The notes below the pieces were generated by a model, which was not told the DNA's origin, made no database searches, and was given only the letters and a program-made list of their open reading frames with translations. A stretch of DNA of 64,000 nt from Octopus vulgaris. Taxonomy: Eukaryota. Each line of letters begins with the position of its first letter. The first letter of the stretch is position 1. Below, in pieces: positions 26,950-42,404 of this stretch. The DNA lies in NCBI GenBank assembly GCA_951406725.2, contig OX597832.1, forward strand, positions 17,236,001 through 17,300,000. The letters run 5' to 3'. Position numbers and translations under genes: made by a program.

Positions 26950-27090
26950 CATTATTTAAATTATTTACATTATTTACATTCGACGGATATTTGTCCTCAT
27001 CTTGTTTGTTGTTAACACAGCGTTTCGGCTGATGTACCCTCCAGCTTTCGTCAGGTATCTTGGGAAAATTTCGTGCCTTAGATATAGAAC
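26950..27090 (-). mobile_element. Partial copy of the HHR tail of the 53275-54520 element (family H3)
   Basis: Minus strand: aagatac-CTGACGA-aagctggagggtacatcagcc-GAAACGCT-gtgtt. Confidence 0.75.
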
Positions 27091-27246
27091 AGGTGTAACA
27101 GTGAGCTAAAAGAAAAAATTAGCTTCGCAACCACATGGTTCCTGGTTCATTCCTTCTTCGTCGCACTTTGGGCAAGTGTCTTTTGGTATAGTCTCGACCA
27201 AAGCCTCGAGAGCGGATTTGGTTGACGGAAACTGAAATATATATGT

Positions 27247-27291
<45 letters not shown>

Positions 27292-27545
27292 AACGCGCGA
27301 ATCTGTATCTTTGTATTTTTATATGTACATCACTTTGTGTTTGTATTGTTGCCCACACAACTTGACAACCGGTGTTGGTTTCTTTACGTCACCGTAAACT
27401 AGCGGTTCGCCACAAAGTGACATAGCATAAGTAACTGACTCAGATAAGTAGTGGGGTCGATTTGCTCGCCCAAAACCCTTCAAGACTGTGCCATTGCATG
27501 GCCGCAGTTAAATGACCCCCCCAAAAGTGAAAGTATAAAAGAATA
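27090..27545 (+). mobile_element. SINE family A, degenerate
   Basis: aaccacatggttcctggttca...ttgggcaagtgtc...gcatggccgcagttaaatgac. Confidence 0.75.
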
Positions 27546-27599
27546 GGTATTTGACGTTCGAGCAAAGATAGATGCATGGAATGTAAAGAAATGAGGTTT

Positions 27600-28650
27600 A
27601 TCTTTTAGTATATTCTCCCCTGTAGTGCACACACTTCTTCCATCGGTATTGCAATGCTTCTATCCTAATAATGAAGCTTTCATCCTGTTAGTCAAAAAAG
27701 TTCATCAATAGCAGATGTGACGTCATCATCTCTGCGATTCTGGTTCCCAGCCAAGCGTTTTTTCATATTGAAGAACAGATAATAAAAAGATGGTGGCAAA
27801 TAAGGAGAATAGAGTAAGTGGTCAATCAGTTGAAAGCTACAGTCACGCGCAACAGCTGTTGAAACCAAAGGATTTGTGTGCTAGAGTATTACCCTAATGA
27901 AACAAGATCGCGTTCCTCAGTTTTCATTAGCGTTTGGTTTCGACAGCCAGCCGTAACTGTCTCAGCTATATAGTATAGGACTCTCCATTGATGATATAGC
28001 CCTTTTGAAGATAGTCAATAAAGGCAATACCTTTTGCAACACCCGAAATTTGAGGCCATCACCTTCCTTACAGATGAAACGATCTTGGGCTCCTTTGGAG
28101 CAGATGAGGAGGGATGTTTCCACTTGCATGGTTTGTCGCTTTATCTCTGGCTTAATGTGATGAACATAACACTCATCGTCAGTTAGGAAATGTTCTACCA
28201 AACCAGCTGGTCTGCCTCAAACAGTGTCAGATTTTTCCGTGATGTGATCAGCGTGGTGTGCTTTTTGATCAGATGTCAGAAGACGTGGCATCTACCGAGC
28301 AAGAAATCTTCCTCATGCAAGAATCATTGAGCTGAGTATTTTGAATTCTCTTATGGGACGTACTAAAAGCATTCGCTATTTGATTCATAATCAATCGCTT
28401 GTCATCCATCACCATCTGGTGAACACGATCAATATTTTCTTCAGGGCGTCCAGATCTTGGGCAATCTTCAAGATTCTTCCATGCCCTCCTAAATTCCTAA
28501 AGTCAGCTGCCCAATTTTTCACTGTTGATAAAGATGGTGTGTCATCCACTAATATAGCACGCATGGAAACATACATGTCCTTGGAGGCTAAACCCTTTTT
28601 ACTGTAGGTACTTTATAACAACGCGATGCGAAATTTTCTCCAATTTCAAG
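27600..28650 (-). pseudogene. mariner (DD34D-like) transposase relic
   Basis: ORF 27962-28201 FLTDDECYVHHIKPEIKRQTMQ (first catalytic D motif); other minus frames give RKVMAS, IDYLQKG and YSPYLPPS (degenerate YSPDLAPSD). Confidence 0.75.
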
Positions 28651-28750
28651 AGAAGTTGCTAGTAGCTACTTTTGAAGTTTTCTTTGAACAATCAGTTATG
28701 AAAATTACTATTTTTAAATCTCACAACGAGAGATAGTCAGCAATAGTACT

Positions 28751-28974
28751 TTGGAGTAAATATTGATTGCCAACATAACATGGCAATTGTCGTTTTGAGC
28801 TGAGTCCTTGTTCTGCGCTGAGTGGGGTTGCTAGATTCCCTTGTTCGAAAATATAAGGACACAAATCGTGTCGTATAGCCAGCTGGAGACGATGTCCCCT
28901 GGGGGCTAAATTACAGCAACATTCGTCCTGAACCAGGACTGCCATGTTATGTTGGCAGACAATCTTTACCCCAA
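28751..28974. mobile_element. MITE candidate with ~38-bp imperfect TIRs
   Basis: Perfect 18-bp inverted core tgccaacataacatggca (28768-28785) / tgccatgttatgttggca (28940-28957), extendable outward with mismatches. Confidence 0.5.
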
Positions 28975-29636
28975 TCAGGTATGAGTTTACCAGTAAAGAA
29001 ACGATGTGGTTGTTAGTAAGCAGGGTTAAAATTATTGCACGCAAGAATTCACTGGTCTAGCATAGTCAGCCTATAACCATTTCAGTCGATCTTCGTACAC
29101 ACACACACGCACACATGCGCACGCGCATATATGTAAATGTGAGGGTTTCTTGCGTAGTGGTTTGCATGTTGCACTCGTGATCCCAAAATTGTGGATTCAG
29201 CTCCCGGACTCGGTGGTACTTTGCGTTCTTAAGCAAGCATTTCATCTCACTTTGCTATGCAATCACTTCGATGCTTAAGCTACGGTCCACCTTACACCTG
29301 TTCAGTCAACGTCGATTTGATTAATGAAGAAAGCTAATTTACAACACAAACATTTGATCCCTATAAACAAACCATTTGTGCAGCTATTGCAGCAAGAAAT
29401 AGCAGACACATCTTAGCCGGACTACGAGAGACTAACACGCATAATACGTAAACTTCCAAATGTTTCGTGTCTATTTGTTTTTCTACGATATATTTTTTTA
29501 AGCAATTGAAAATATTTTACAAACTGTTTTTTTTCAAATGTTGTATCTATATGAAGTGTTTTGAAGAAATGGCAAACACACGCATAAATACATATAAACA
29601 CATATACATACCCTTATATATACGTGTATTTAAATT

Positions 29637-29682
<46 letters not shown>

Positions 29683-29770
29683 CACACACACTCACACACA
29701 TACACATATATATATATACATACACACACACATATATACTTACATATATATATATGCACACAAGCACACG

Positions 29771-29808
<38 letters not shown>

Positions 29809-30413
29809 CACATACAGATATGTACACATATACACATATGTATATGTATGTATATATACACATACAGATACATATGTACACATACGCATAAAATAAAATA
29901 TACACTTATGTACACATACATCCACTTAAACATATGTGCGCCCAAAGTCATCGACTTATATTAAATTAAATGAGCAACTTCAAATTCAGAAGATTAGAGA
30001 GAATAAATACAAAAACATGCTGGCATATCACAAACTTCTGGAGATACTTGTATGTGTCGGCATTAAGTAGATTAAGATAAGCTTGAATTTGTTAAGATTG
30101 AGTATAAAGAAATCTCAAGTTTTGAAATATATAATCTTAATACTGAAGGCATAATAGTTAAGTTGTTGCGCTCATCGCTTGATCGTGTGCTCAATTCCTG
30201 GACAAGGTGGTGTATTCAGTTCTTGTTGTGCAAAAAACCGACATTTTCAGGCTGCTTAAATGGATAGAGTGTAAGAAATCTTTATGGTGAATATCCGGGC
30301 TCTCTACAGTTTGGGTTTGAACCCTGCCTGCCTGAAGTAGGGAACAAAAAAAGAACCCACTCTGTTATTCCAAGGTGATGGCTGAAATGAGTAAAAGAAA
30401 ATATAAACATACA

Positions 30414-30678
<265 letters not shown>

Positions 30679-30747
30679 ACTTCTAACTCTCAATAAATGC
30701 GTTGAGTGCCCTTCTTTCGTTTGTCCACTCGTATATATATATATATA

Positions 30748-30957
30748 TACTCTTTTACTCTTTTACTCTTTTACTTGTTTCAGTCATTTGACTGCGGCCA
30801 TGCTGGAGCACCGCCTTTAGTCGAGCAAATCGACCCCGGGACTTATTCTTTGTAAGCCCAGTACTTATTCCATCGGTCTCTTTTGCCGAACCGCTAAGTG
30901 ACGAGGACGTAAGCATACCAGCAGCGGTTGTCAAGCAATGCTAGGGGGACAAACACA

Positions 30958-31011
<54 letters not shown>

Positions 31012-31183
31012 CATATATACGACAGGCTTCTTTCAGTTTCCGTCTACCAAATCCACTCACAAGGCATTGGTCGGCCCGGATCTATAGTAGAAGACACTTT
31101 CCCAAGATGCCACGCAATGGGACTGAACCCGGAACCATGTGGTTGGTTAGCAAGCTACTTACCACACAGCCACTCCTGCGCCT
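30748..31183 (-). mobile_element. SINE family A, full-length, low divergence
   Basis: Near-exact reverse complement of 18590-19006 with (tcttttac)3 tail. Confidence 0.9.
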
Positions 31184-31184
31184 G

Positions 31185-31290
31185 GATGAAAGGCAAAGTT
31201 GACCTCAGCAGAATTTGAACTCAGAATGTAAAGACAGATGAAATACCGCTAAGCATTTCACCCAGTGTGCTAACGTTTCTACCAGCTTGC
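31185..31290 (-). mobile_element. SINE family B, head fragment
   Basis: gatgaaaggcaaagttgacctcagcagaatttgaactcag...gctaacgtttct. Confidence 0.7.
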
Positions 31291-31299
31291 AGAATATAA

Positions 31300-31393
<94 letters not shown>

Positions 31394-31639
31394 ATATATA
31401 TATATGTATGTATGTATATATTTTCTTTTACTCATTTCAGCCATGCGGCTGCCTTCATGATGGAACACCACCTAATGCAGTATATAAATTTACTCATTAT
31501 TTAAACATATTAAGTCGTGCATTCCAGTTTTAAAAAAATATTAAGGGCTATGGTGAAAGCAAATGTCTCCATTTTGAATCCTAAATATGAGTAGAATATT
31601 GTGCCCGGCCTGCTAACAACTCTACCACCTCAAATATTA

Positions 31640-31830
31640 ATTTCAAATTTTGGAACAAGACGAGAAAGTTTGAGGAAGAAGTAAGTCGATTCCATCGGCT
31701 CCACTGCTGCTTATTTTATCGACCCCGAAGGGATGAATGGCAAAGTCGACCTCGGTGGAATTTGAACTCAGAGCGTAACGACGGACGGTATGCTACTATT
31801 CATTACAACCAGTCGTACGAACGATTCTGC
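31640..31830 (-). mobile_element. SINE family B, degenerate
   Basis: taagtcgatt...ttttatcgaccccgaagggatgaatggcaaagtcgacctcgg. Confidence 0.7.
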
Positions 31831-32419
31831 ATTGAATAGAAATAATAATATCACTGATATAAAACACGGATGTAATAATTGGTAAATTAAAGGGTTGTTT
31901 TCATTAAACAATGACTTGAATTTAAAATTGATTTTGTAAAGTTCTCTGGTTGCACGACCTCATAAATACGAAATGTTTATCAAATAAAATATCTTCAGGC
32001 AAAATAGTGGTTTAGCTTATTTACCATTTGTCTAAGATACTTTCAATCACAACTGCTTGCGGCAGCGTGTTTCCCTACATTCCTTTTCAGATTGACAAAC
32101 GTAGGCTAATAGCAAAATAGAATATTTCTTATAGGATTTGTAAATGAATATTAATGAGAATGAAACCTTAGATGAATTAGAAGAGCAACGAAAATTATGT
32201 AATATTTGAGATAACATTTCACTTGTAAATTATATTTTTGAAATAAATGTTCTTTTTAAGTTAAGCAGTTAGAATTAAGTAACCATTGATGAGACACATC
32301 CGTAAGGTGTGTATTCGAAGAGTGGGGTGTATAGTCGAGATCGTAAAAATAATGGTATGCGTAAAGTTAGGAGTAGAAGCAAAGTATAAAAGATTTTCCT
32401 TGAATATAATGTACGAGAC

Positions 32420-32768
32420 GCAGGGTGCATGGCTCAGTGGCTAGGGCGTCAGGCTCACAATTACAAGGTAGTGAGTTCGATTCACGGACGAGGCTGTGTG
32501 TTGTGTTTCTGAGCAAGATACTTTATTTCACTGTGCTCCAGTTCACATCAGCTGTAGAAATGAGTTGTGACGTCACTGAATCCAAGCTGTACGGCTCCCT
32601 TTGTCTTTCCCTTCGATAACACAGTTGACATGGGGAAGCGGGACTAGTATGTAGGGGTCACTGCTGCTCTTCCATAAACAAACTTGCCCAGCCTTGTGCT
32701 TCTGAGGGGAACTTTCTCGGTGCAATCCCAAGGTGATTCATGACCGAATGGAGTCTCTACCCTTTACT
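32420..32768 (+). mobile_element. tRNA-derived SINE (family D; related heads near 7700, 9525, 29150, 30150)
   Basis: A box tggctcagtgg, B box gagttcgattc, then tgtgtttctgagcaagatactttatttca. Confidence 0.6.
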
Positions 32769-32979
32769 ACAAAACCAAATGAGTTTTGTATCGTGCACCT
32801 TAGCGGACGACATATACTAATCTATAACACAAGTGCATGTTCAAGTTACTCACATACACATGTATAAGTACACACACTCGCACATATACACACATACACA
32901 TATATTTATACAGGTACACGCGCATACAGATTTATATATAAGATCGAACAAAAACAGAATTAGATGCATAGAAATCGAT

Positions 32980-33186
32980 TTAAAGTTTTGGAACAATGAA
33001 AGCGATTTCGGTGTTGAGTAAGTCGATTACATCGATCCCTATGTTCAACTGGTCTAAATTCTAATCACACAAAATAATGGAAAGCAAAGTCAAGCAATGG
33101 GAATTTGAACTCAGAGAGTAAAAGCTGACGAAATGTCGCTACAAACTTTGCCGTCCGCGTTAACGATTCTGCCAGCGGGGCGCCTT
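32980..33186 (-). mobile_element. SINE family B, degenerate
   Basis: agtaagtcgattacatcga...gaatttgaactcagag...taacgattctgccagc. Confidence 0.6.
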
Positions 33187-33376
33187 TAGATATATAATTA
33201 ACAATATACGTCTTTATATATATGCATAAAATACATATATGCGTGTGTATATAAATGTATTCTTGCATATGTGTATATGTGTATTTGCGTGCATACGCTT
33301 CTGTATAAGATATATGCACATATTTTAGTACATATGCTCATGTATATATACGAAATACAGGTAAGTACGCATGCGC

Positions 33377-33422
<46 letters not shown>

Positions 33423-33447
33423 CATAGACATAGGTATATATACAAGG

Positions 33448-33483
<36 letters not shown>

Positions 33484-33596
33484 GTATATGCACATATATA
33501 TATATATCTTCATATTTTCATATATTTACATACGTACATTCACACATATGTATTTATATATATATATATATATATAAATATAAAGGCATACATATA

Positions 33597-33684
<88 letters not shown>

Positions 33685-34116
33685 GTACATACATGCATAA
33701 ATTCAAAAATACCTATACTTGTACACAGATACATACATACTGACAAATATATATTCATACAAGTATATATAACACTAACTTGAGCATGTGTATAAAGATA
33801 ATATAAACGCGTGAAGTATGAATGCAGACAATACAATGCAATCAGCTCAAAATTTTTGCGGAAGATCTTATACTTCCGCTGATAGGAGACAAGACTTGTC
33901 TAATTAACACCCAGTGTTACATGTATGTATAAAATACATGTACGTAAGTATACCTGTGGTATGGTTTGATATATATATATATATATAAGTATATTTTATA
34001 TGTGCCTGTATATATATGTATCTATGTTCAGCTGGTGGGGAAAGTACGCATGTATGCATGTATGCACACATACACATACGTACTTATATATGTGTGTGCA
34101 TATGCATATGCATATG

Positions 34117-34224
<108 letters not shown>

Positions 34225-34252
34225 CTATATAATATATATATATATATATATA

Positions 34253-34295
<43 letters not shown>

Positions 34296-34366
34296 TGTAT
34301 ATAGATATAAGTATACAAACACACACACATGTGAGTGAATATATATAATTAAATCTATATATAATG

Positions 34367-34413
<47 letters not shown>

Positions 34414-34924
34414 TGTATACATATATATGATTATATTATTCTCATTCACATTTTACCAGAAATAATTATCAAAATCACCATCATCTCCATCATCATCATC
34501 ATCATTATCATCATCATCATCATCACCTCCATCAACTCCACTGCGGCCGCCATCATCTTTTCTCCATCATCCTCATTGTTATCACCTCTGGTTAACAACA
34601 TCGATCATGTCTTGAACGACTACAACGACAATAGTAATAATATTAAAATTAAACAAAACAAGGATAACTAGCAAAGAAATGCACAGAAATCTAAAAAAAA
34701 AAACCAAAAAAAAAACGAAAGAAAGGAGAGTGGGAAGAGAGCGGGAGGTTGAGGGCAGAAGAGTGACAGCATGTCGTCTCTGTATGTTCTGCAATGTCTT
34801 TGCTACAGTTTGGCATGGCATGGCATGACATGCCATTGTGTGGTGGGATGTGGTTCTGCAGAAGCATATCGTGGTTCGGTAATGGTAATGATGCTTACAT
34901 CCCTGCATGCATACACATACACTA

Positions 34925-34955
<31 letters not shown>

Positions 34956-35234
34956 ATCATGCACACATACACACACACAAAAACACGCACACACACACAT
35001 ATATATATATATGAAAACATGCGGCTAGAGTCAGACGCACATACACATATATAGACACTATACATACATATATGTGTACATACTTACGCAAACACATACA
35101 CACACAAACTCACATACACAAGTCCATGTGCGTAATAATAACGCATATATACATACGAGTGCATATAAATACATATACACATATCTCCACGTATATTTGC
35201 TATATATATATATTTCTGGTTTATGCATATGTAC

Positions 35235-35265
<31 letters not shown>

Positions 35266-35325
35266 TGTATGTATGTATGTATGTATTTATGTATGATGTA
35301 TGTATGTATGTATGTATGTGTGTAT

Positions 35326-35363
<38 letters not shown>

Positions 35364-35593
35364 CTATCTGATATATGTTTATATGTTCGCATGTATTTTG
35401 AATATAATATGCGTACATACACACATACACTATATTATATATATAATATATATATATATAATATATATACATATATATCTTATGTTATATGTATATATAT
35501 ATCTTTAAATACACATACATAGGCATATATATACATATATATATATGTACATGCATATATATATATATATATATATAAATATATATATGTAGA

Positions 35594-35642
<49 letters not shown>

Positions 35643-35771
35643 GTATATATACATATATATACGTATCGTTATATACATTGCAAAACAAAAACAAAATACA
35701 TCCATGTGCACAAACATATATCTATACATGCATTTGAGAATGCACAGTGCACATACAATTATATACATCTC

Positions 35772-35807
<36 letters not shown>

Positions 35808-36061
35808 TATATTTATCCTCAATGCCATAACACAACTCTTGATTTTGACAATGAGATGTGAATAAATATGGCGTCTCTTGCTGTTTTAGTGAGTTACAGC
35901 TTCCGCAATTATTGTCAACTTTTCTTATATTACCTACTTCATCCGTGTTCACCGCGTCCCCCCACCCCCATCACCAGCTCGCTTTATACCTCGACTATTT
36001 TTTTTTATTCACTTCTTTCTGCCTGGCGCTTATTCTCTTTCCCTCTCGCGATTTCATCACC

Positions 36062-36114
<53 letters not shown>

Positions 36115-36115
36115 G

Positions 36116-36193
<78 letters not shown>

Positions 36194-36204
36194 TATATAT
36201 ATGT

Positions 36205-36266
<62 letters not shown>

Positions 36267-36373
36267 ATATTTAAATATATATATATATTCAAATATATAT
36301 ATACATATATTTATATATATATATATATATATATGGGTGTATGTGTATTTGTGTGTTTGTATATTTGTGTCAG

Positions 36374-36411
<38 letters not shown>

Positions 36412-36868
36412 TTATCTATGCGTGTATGTATGTATGTTTGTATGTATGTATGTATATTACGCTCCTTAAATCAGCAGGTCTCTTGCCTCGTTATCGTTAA
36501 TTTTTCTCCTATTTCTATACAATGCCAGGAAAGAATTGACAACGGGACGCCATCTTCAACATTATCTTCTTCATCCTCATCCTCATTCTCAACATCGTCC
36601 TCATCAACATCATCATTATCAACTTCATCAACATCATCATCAAAACATTCATCCTCATCATCATTATCATCATCATCGGCATCATCGTCATCAGCTTCTT
36701 CATCATAACGACCATCAGCGCCATCACACCCGCCTTCAGAACAACAGCAACAAGCACTCCCACCTCGCTCTCTTTGTTCCGTTTTACTCGTCCAGTGAAC
36801 CTCCTCCTCCCCCTCCCCTTCGTTCTCTTCCTCCTTCAACGTCTTAATGTCTGCGTTCATGCATGTGT

Positions 36869-36948
<80 letters not shown>

Positions 36949-37426
36949 ATGTATACACACATATATATATATATACATACATATAGCATGAATATATATA
37001 TATATAATATATAATATATATATATATATGTATGTATGTATGTATGTATATATACAACTTCAAATGAAGGAAAGTGCTCTCGAAACTTGCAGTGGTGTTA
37101 GTATATAATGGGAAAGCGAGAGAGTATGTTCTCTGAAGCATTACTCCGAGTTTCACCCAGGTACACAGACCTAGTTCATTAATCCATTGTTTCATACTAC
37201 ACCGTCTAAAGGCCTCGGATCTGCATGATTTTATGAGACTCTCAATAACGTTCGCGTCAATTCTGTTGACGTTTTCCCATAAGAATGTGTATAGCAAAAC
37301 ATATACTCATACATGCACACATGTATGTATGTATTTATGTATGTATGTAAATGTGTATGTATGTATGTATGCATGGATGGATCAATGAATGTATGTAAGC
37401 ATGCATATATGTGCGTATATCTATCA

Positions 37427-37505
<79 letters not shown>

Positions 37506-38139
37506 CCTACCTACCTACCTACCTATCTATTCATCTATCTATCTATCTATCTAAATATCTATCTACCTGTCTATCTATCTATGTATATATATATACGAAA
37601 GTACGGTATGTAGATACGGATATGCATATATATGTGTGTGTGTTTATACGCACATATATATGCATGTGGATATATATATATATGTGTATGTTGATATAGA
37701 TGGATGTATATATATATATATATACATGCATATATCTATATATATATATATGTATATATACATATATATGTGTATATGGGCATTTATATATATATAGAAA
37801 GATAGATAGGAAGATATATAGATCGATAGAAAGATATCGATATATAGATAGATGGATAGACAGATTGATATATTATCAATTTTTATATATATATATATAT
37901 GTGTGTGTGTATACATATATACTTATATATATATACAGACACACATTCCGTTATATGCAGGTACATATATTCCAAGCTGTATAGCTGCTGCTAATCGACT
38001 ATAAATTCTATTCTTAGTGTACATAAATATTTTATTTCCAATTTTTAATTTTAAATCATTTTCCACTTTAATTTTCCTATTTTACTATATTTTTATTTTC
38101 GTGATGTTTCTCACTTCCTACATTCTTTCGCGATCTTCT

Positions 38140-38906
<767 letters not shown>

Positions 38907-39172
38907 TCTTTCTATTTATCTTTCCTGTTTTCCAAACGAGCTGATAGTCAATTGTTTACACTCAGTTTCTTTGTCAAACAACAAGTTTACCAAGATGTCG
39001 GACAGATAAATATAGTTTCCAGATACTTCTTCAAATTTATATGTTATATTTATGGAACTTTATCTTATATCGTGTTATATCCACACGTCTACATATATCT
39101 ACATATCTATGTATGCAAGCTTGTCTTTATGTATCCGTGTATGTATGTATATATGTATGCATATACATACAT

Positions 39173-39203
<31 letters not shown>

Positions 39204-39217
39204 CATATATATAAATA

Positions 39218-39331
<114 letters not shown>

Positions 39332-39943
39332 TATTTATGTGTATATATGTTAGCTGCTTCTTTATTCCTGATTCTCAAAATCGTTGTTTATTTACTTATT
39401 TAATCCATCATATTTTTGTTTTGTTTTCCTTTTTTAATTCAGTTTTATGTTACAAAGTACGTGATCACTTCCTTCACTTCAGTACATCTGTTCATCCATT
39501 CCTCTGTCCTTCCACATAGACACACTCATCGTGCGCGCACACAATCATTCACAAACACATCCACACACACACACACATACATAGTGGCTTCTTTATAGAC
39601 GTTTCTCCTTGTTTATATAATTGTCTGAATTATGGTATACTCGCATGTATACGAGTATACCATAATATTCGTATACATAGATGTATGTATGCATGTAGAT
39701 ATGCATATATGTATCTATATATCTATATATGTATACACACATAAACATATGTATGTGTATATATATATATATGTATACAGATGCATACACATGTCAGTGT
39801 GAGTATATCTATTCCTGTGATGGATGAAATCACATTGGCTAGCGTGTAATATATGCATATATACATACATGCATACATACATACATAGATACATACGTAC
39901 ATACATACATACATATATATATATTTATATATTATATGCATAT

Positions 39944-40353
39944 GAAAAATAATAAGATAAAGATAAATAAATCAATAATTATATTTATCAATTACAAAAA
40001 TAAACATTATCTCTGACAGCTGTTTCGATACATATTTTAGAATTTTATTATAATATTTAAATCTTAATAAATTTGAATCTCGTCGGTGGTAGAAAAAAGA
40101 TTTAACATTACAATTTTGTATTTTTATATGTTAAGTGTACAGTGGCTCATATGTTTCGTACCTTTAACAAATCAAAATACAAAACTGTAATGCTACATTT
40201 TATTCCATCTCCGACGAGATTCAAATTTATAGTGATTTATTTTTTTCAATTAATTTTTAAAGTTTGAATCGAAACAGCTGTCAGAGATTATGTCAATTTG
40301 TGTAATTAATAAATATAATTATTAATTGATTTATCTCTATTTTCTTATTTTTC
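39944..40353. mobile_element. Fold-back element with an HHR-like motif on each strand (family H4)
   Basis: ~190-bp inverted arms; plus strand 40207-40288: atct-CCGACGA-gattcaaa...tttgaatc-GAAAC(agct)GTC-agagat; mirrored on the minus strand in the left arm. Confidence 0.75.
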
Positions 40354-40549
40354 TGAAATATATATAAACTTCGGTTTATTTAATTACCTAATTTTTTAAT
40401 ATTAAATCTAATATTCAAAATTAATAATAGGCAATAAACCAGGAAATTCATTGGATATTATTATCTCTTTATCAGGTATTAACCTTTAATTGAACTTACA
40501 AACACACACAACACACACACACATATGTATGTATATATATGTGTATGTG

Positions 40550-40778
<229 letters not shown>

Positions 40779-41544
40779 TACACACACACCAACACACACA
40801 TATATATTTACATACCTAAATAAAGATATATATATATATATACTTTCTGTGTGTTAAAGTGTGCATGCTGGTATGTATATATCTGTGACTGTATATACAC
40901 ACACACGCGCACACACACGTGCACGCGTGTACACATACATACCCACCCACACACATATGCAAAGTTACTTTTCCTTCGACTTATAGAATATATCCGTAAC
41001 ACCAGCGGCTGTCGAGATATATTGTCCACAGTCAAACAAACAAACAAATACGACTGAAAACAATACCTCTGCCTTCGCTAAGACGGAGGTAATAAATTTT
41101 AGTGTTTCAAGCAGATGTTTGGCCAGACACACCTTAGCATGATGGCAACAGTGTAGCCCAGGAGTTTGCATCTTGTGAATGTAGACTTTCCCCTTTACTT
41201 TTCATTTCAAATGAAGAAGTTATTTATCCAAATAATGCTTAAGTCTCTATATTTTGTTACCCTCGTATTATTATGGTTCTGGTTACCTATTGTATTCGTT
41301 GAAACCCTAATTTCTTAAAGCTTCAGTATAATAACCTCAATCACGGTTATATGATTCTCCTTCTAACTTCAATCAAGGTTATATGATTCTCCTTCTGAAG
41401 ATATATTTCCTATATGTATGTAAATGGTTATGACCATTTGTTATAAAGACAAACTGTTCATTTAGAGCTTTGGGAAGTAATTTGAATTTATATTAATTTC
41501 TTGCAATTTTTCTTTTGTTTTAGTGTATAGATGATGTGTTGTTG

Positions 41545-41684
41545 ATATTCTTTTCTACTCTAAGCACAAGGCCCGAAAAGTTTTGAGGAGGGTAGGCCCC
41601 AGTCGATTACGTCAACGCCAATATGCAACTGGCACTTAATTTATCGACCCCGAAAGGATGAAAGGCAAAGTCGACCTCGGTGGA
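41545..41684 (-). mobile_element. SINE family B, 3' half
   Basis: gcacaaggccc...cttaatttatcgaccccgaaaggatgaaaggcaaagtcgacctcgg. Confidence 0.7.
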
Positions 41685-42073
41685 TGTGTTATTGATATTA
41701 CGTTTAAAATTACATTTAAAATGTTAATCACTGTCGCATTGACTGAAAGCGTAGTTATGTAAAGCCAGTGCTTCGAGTTATCATGGCAAATATTTTCTAA
41801 ATCTGTCTAGGTTACGGCCATTTCTTAAGGGGGAAAATGGTAGGGGAAGCTATAGTGATTCCGTTTTTACAATGTGAAATAATGCCATGAAACAAATTAT
41901 TTTCAGCACAAATAACTCTTGACCTAAATGATACTTTCGGCCCTTGTAGCCAAAACAGAAAATATTGATCAGGCCCTCAACGACCATTTTTAAAATGATG
42001 ACGGAGAGAGAAGTACTTTCTCTTCCAGAGATTTTGTCAAATGATGGATGACTGTGGCAAAAATGGTTAATGC

Positions 42074-42104
<31 letters not shown>

Positions 42105-42107
<3 letters not shown>

Positions 42108-42329
42108 ATGTGGGTTTCTTTAAAACTAAACTCGATCTCTTCTTGTCTGGGGTCTCAGATGAACCTACCTCTCGGCAGGAGACACAGATGCAGGCAGTGG
42201 CATCGAAATCCCTTGTCGTTCAAGTGCCACGTATCAGAGGTGGATTCACATACAAGTGTAGCTTATTCAACGGTGGTGCCCCAGCATGGCCGCAGCCTTC
42301 GGGCTGAAACATTTTTAAGGATTTAAGGA
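42105..42329 (+). mobile_element. CR1-type LINE extreme 3' end
   Basis: DVGFFKTKLDLFLSGVSDEP (FK.KLD motif), homologous to 1085-1290; tail ggtgccccagcatggccgcagccttcgggctgaaac. Confidence 0.7.
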
Positions 42330-42347
42330 TATATATATATGTGTGTA

Positions 42348-42401
<54 letters not shown>

Positions 42402-42404
<3 letters not shown>

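Noticed and set aside
27577-27590. 14-nt match to the 5' part of miR-1 (tggaatgtaaagaa)
   Set aside because: 3' end diverges, no complementary 5' arm, and it lies at the edge of a mariner relic.
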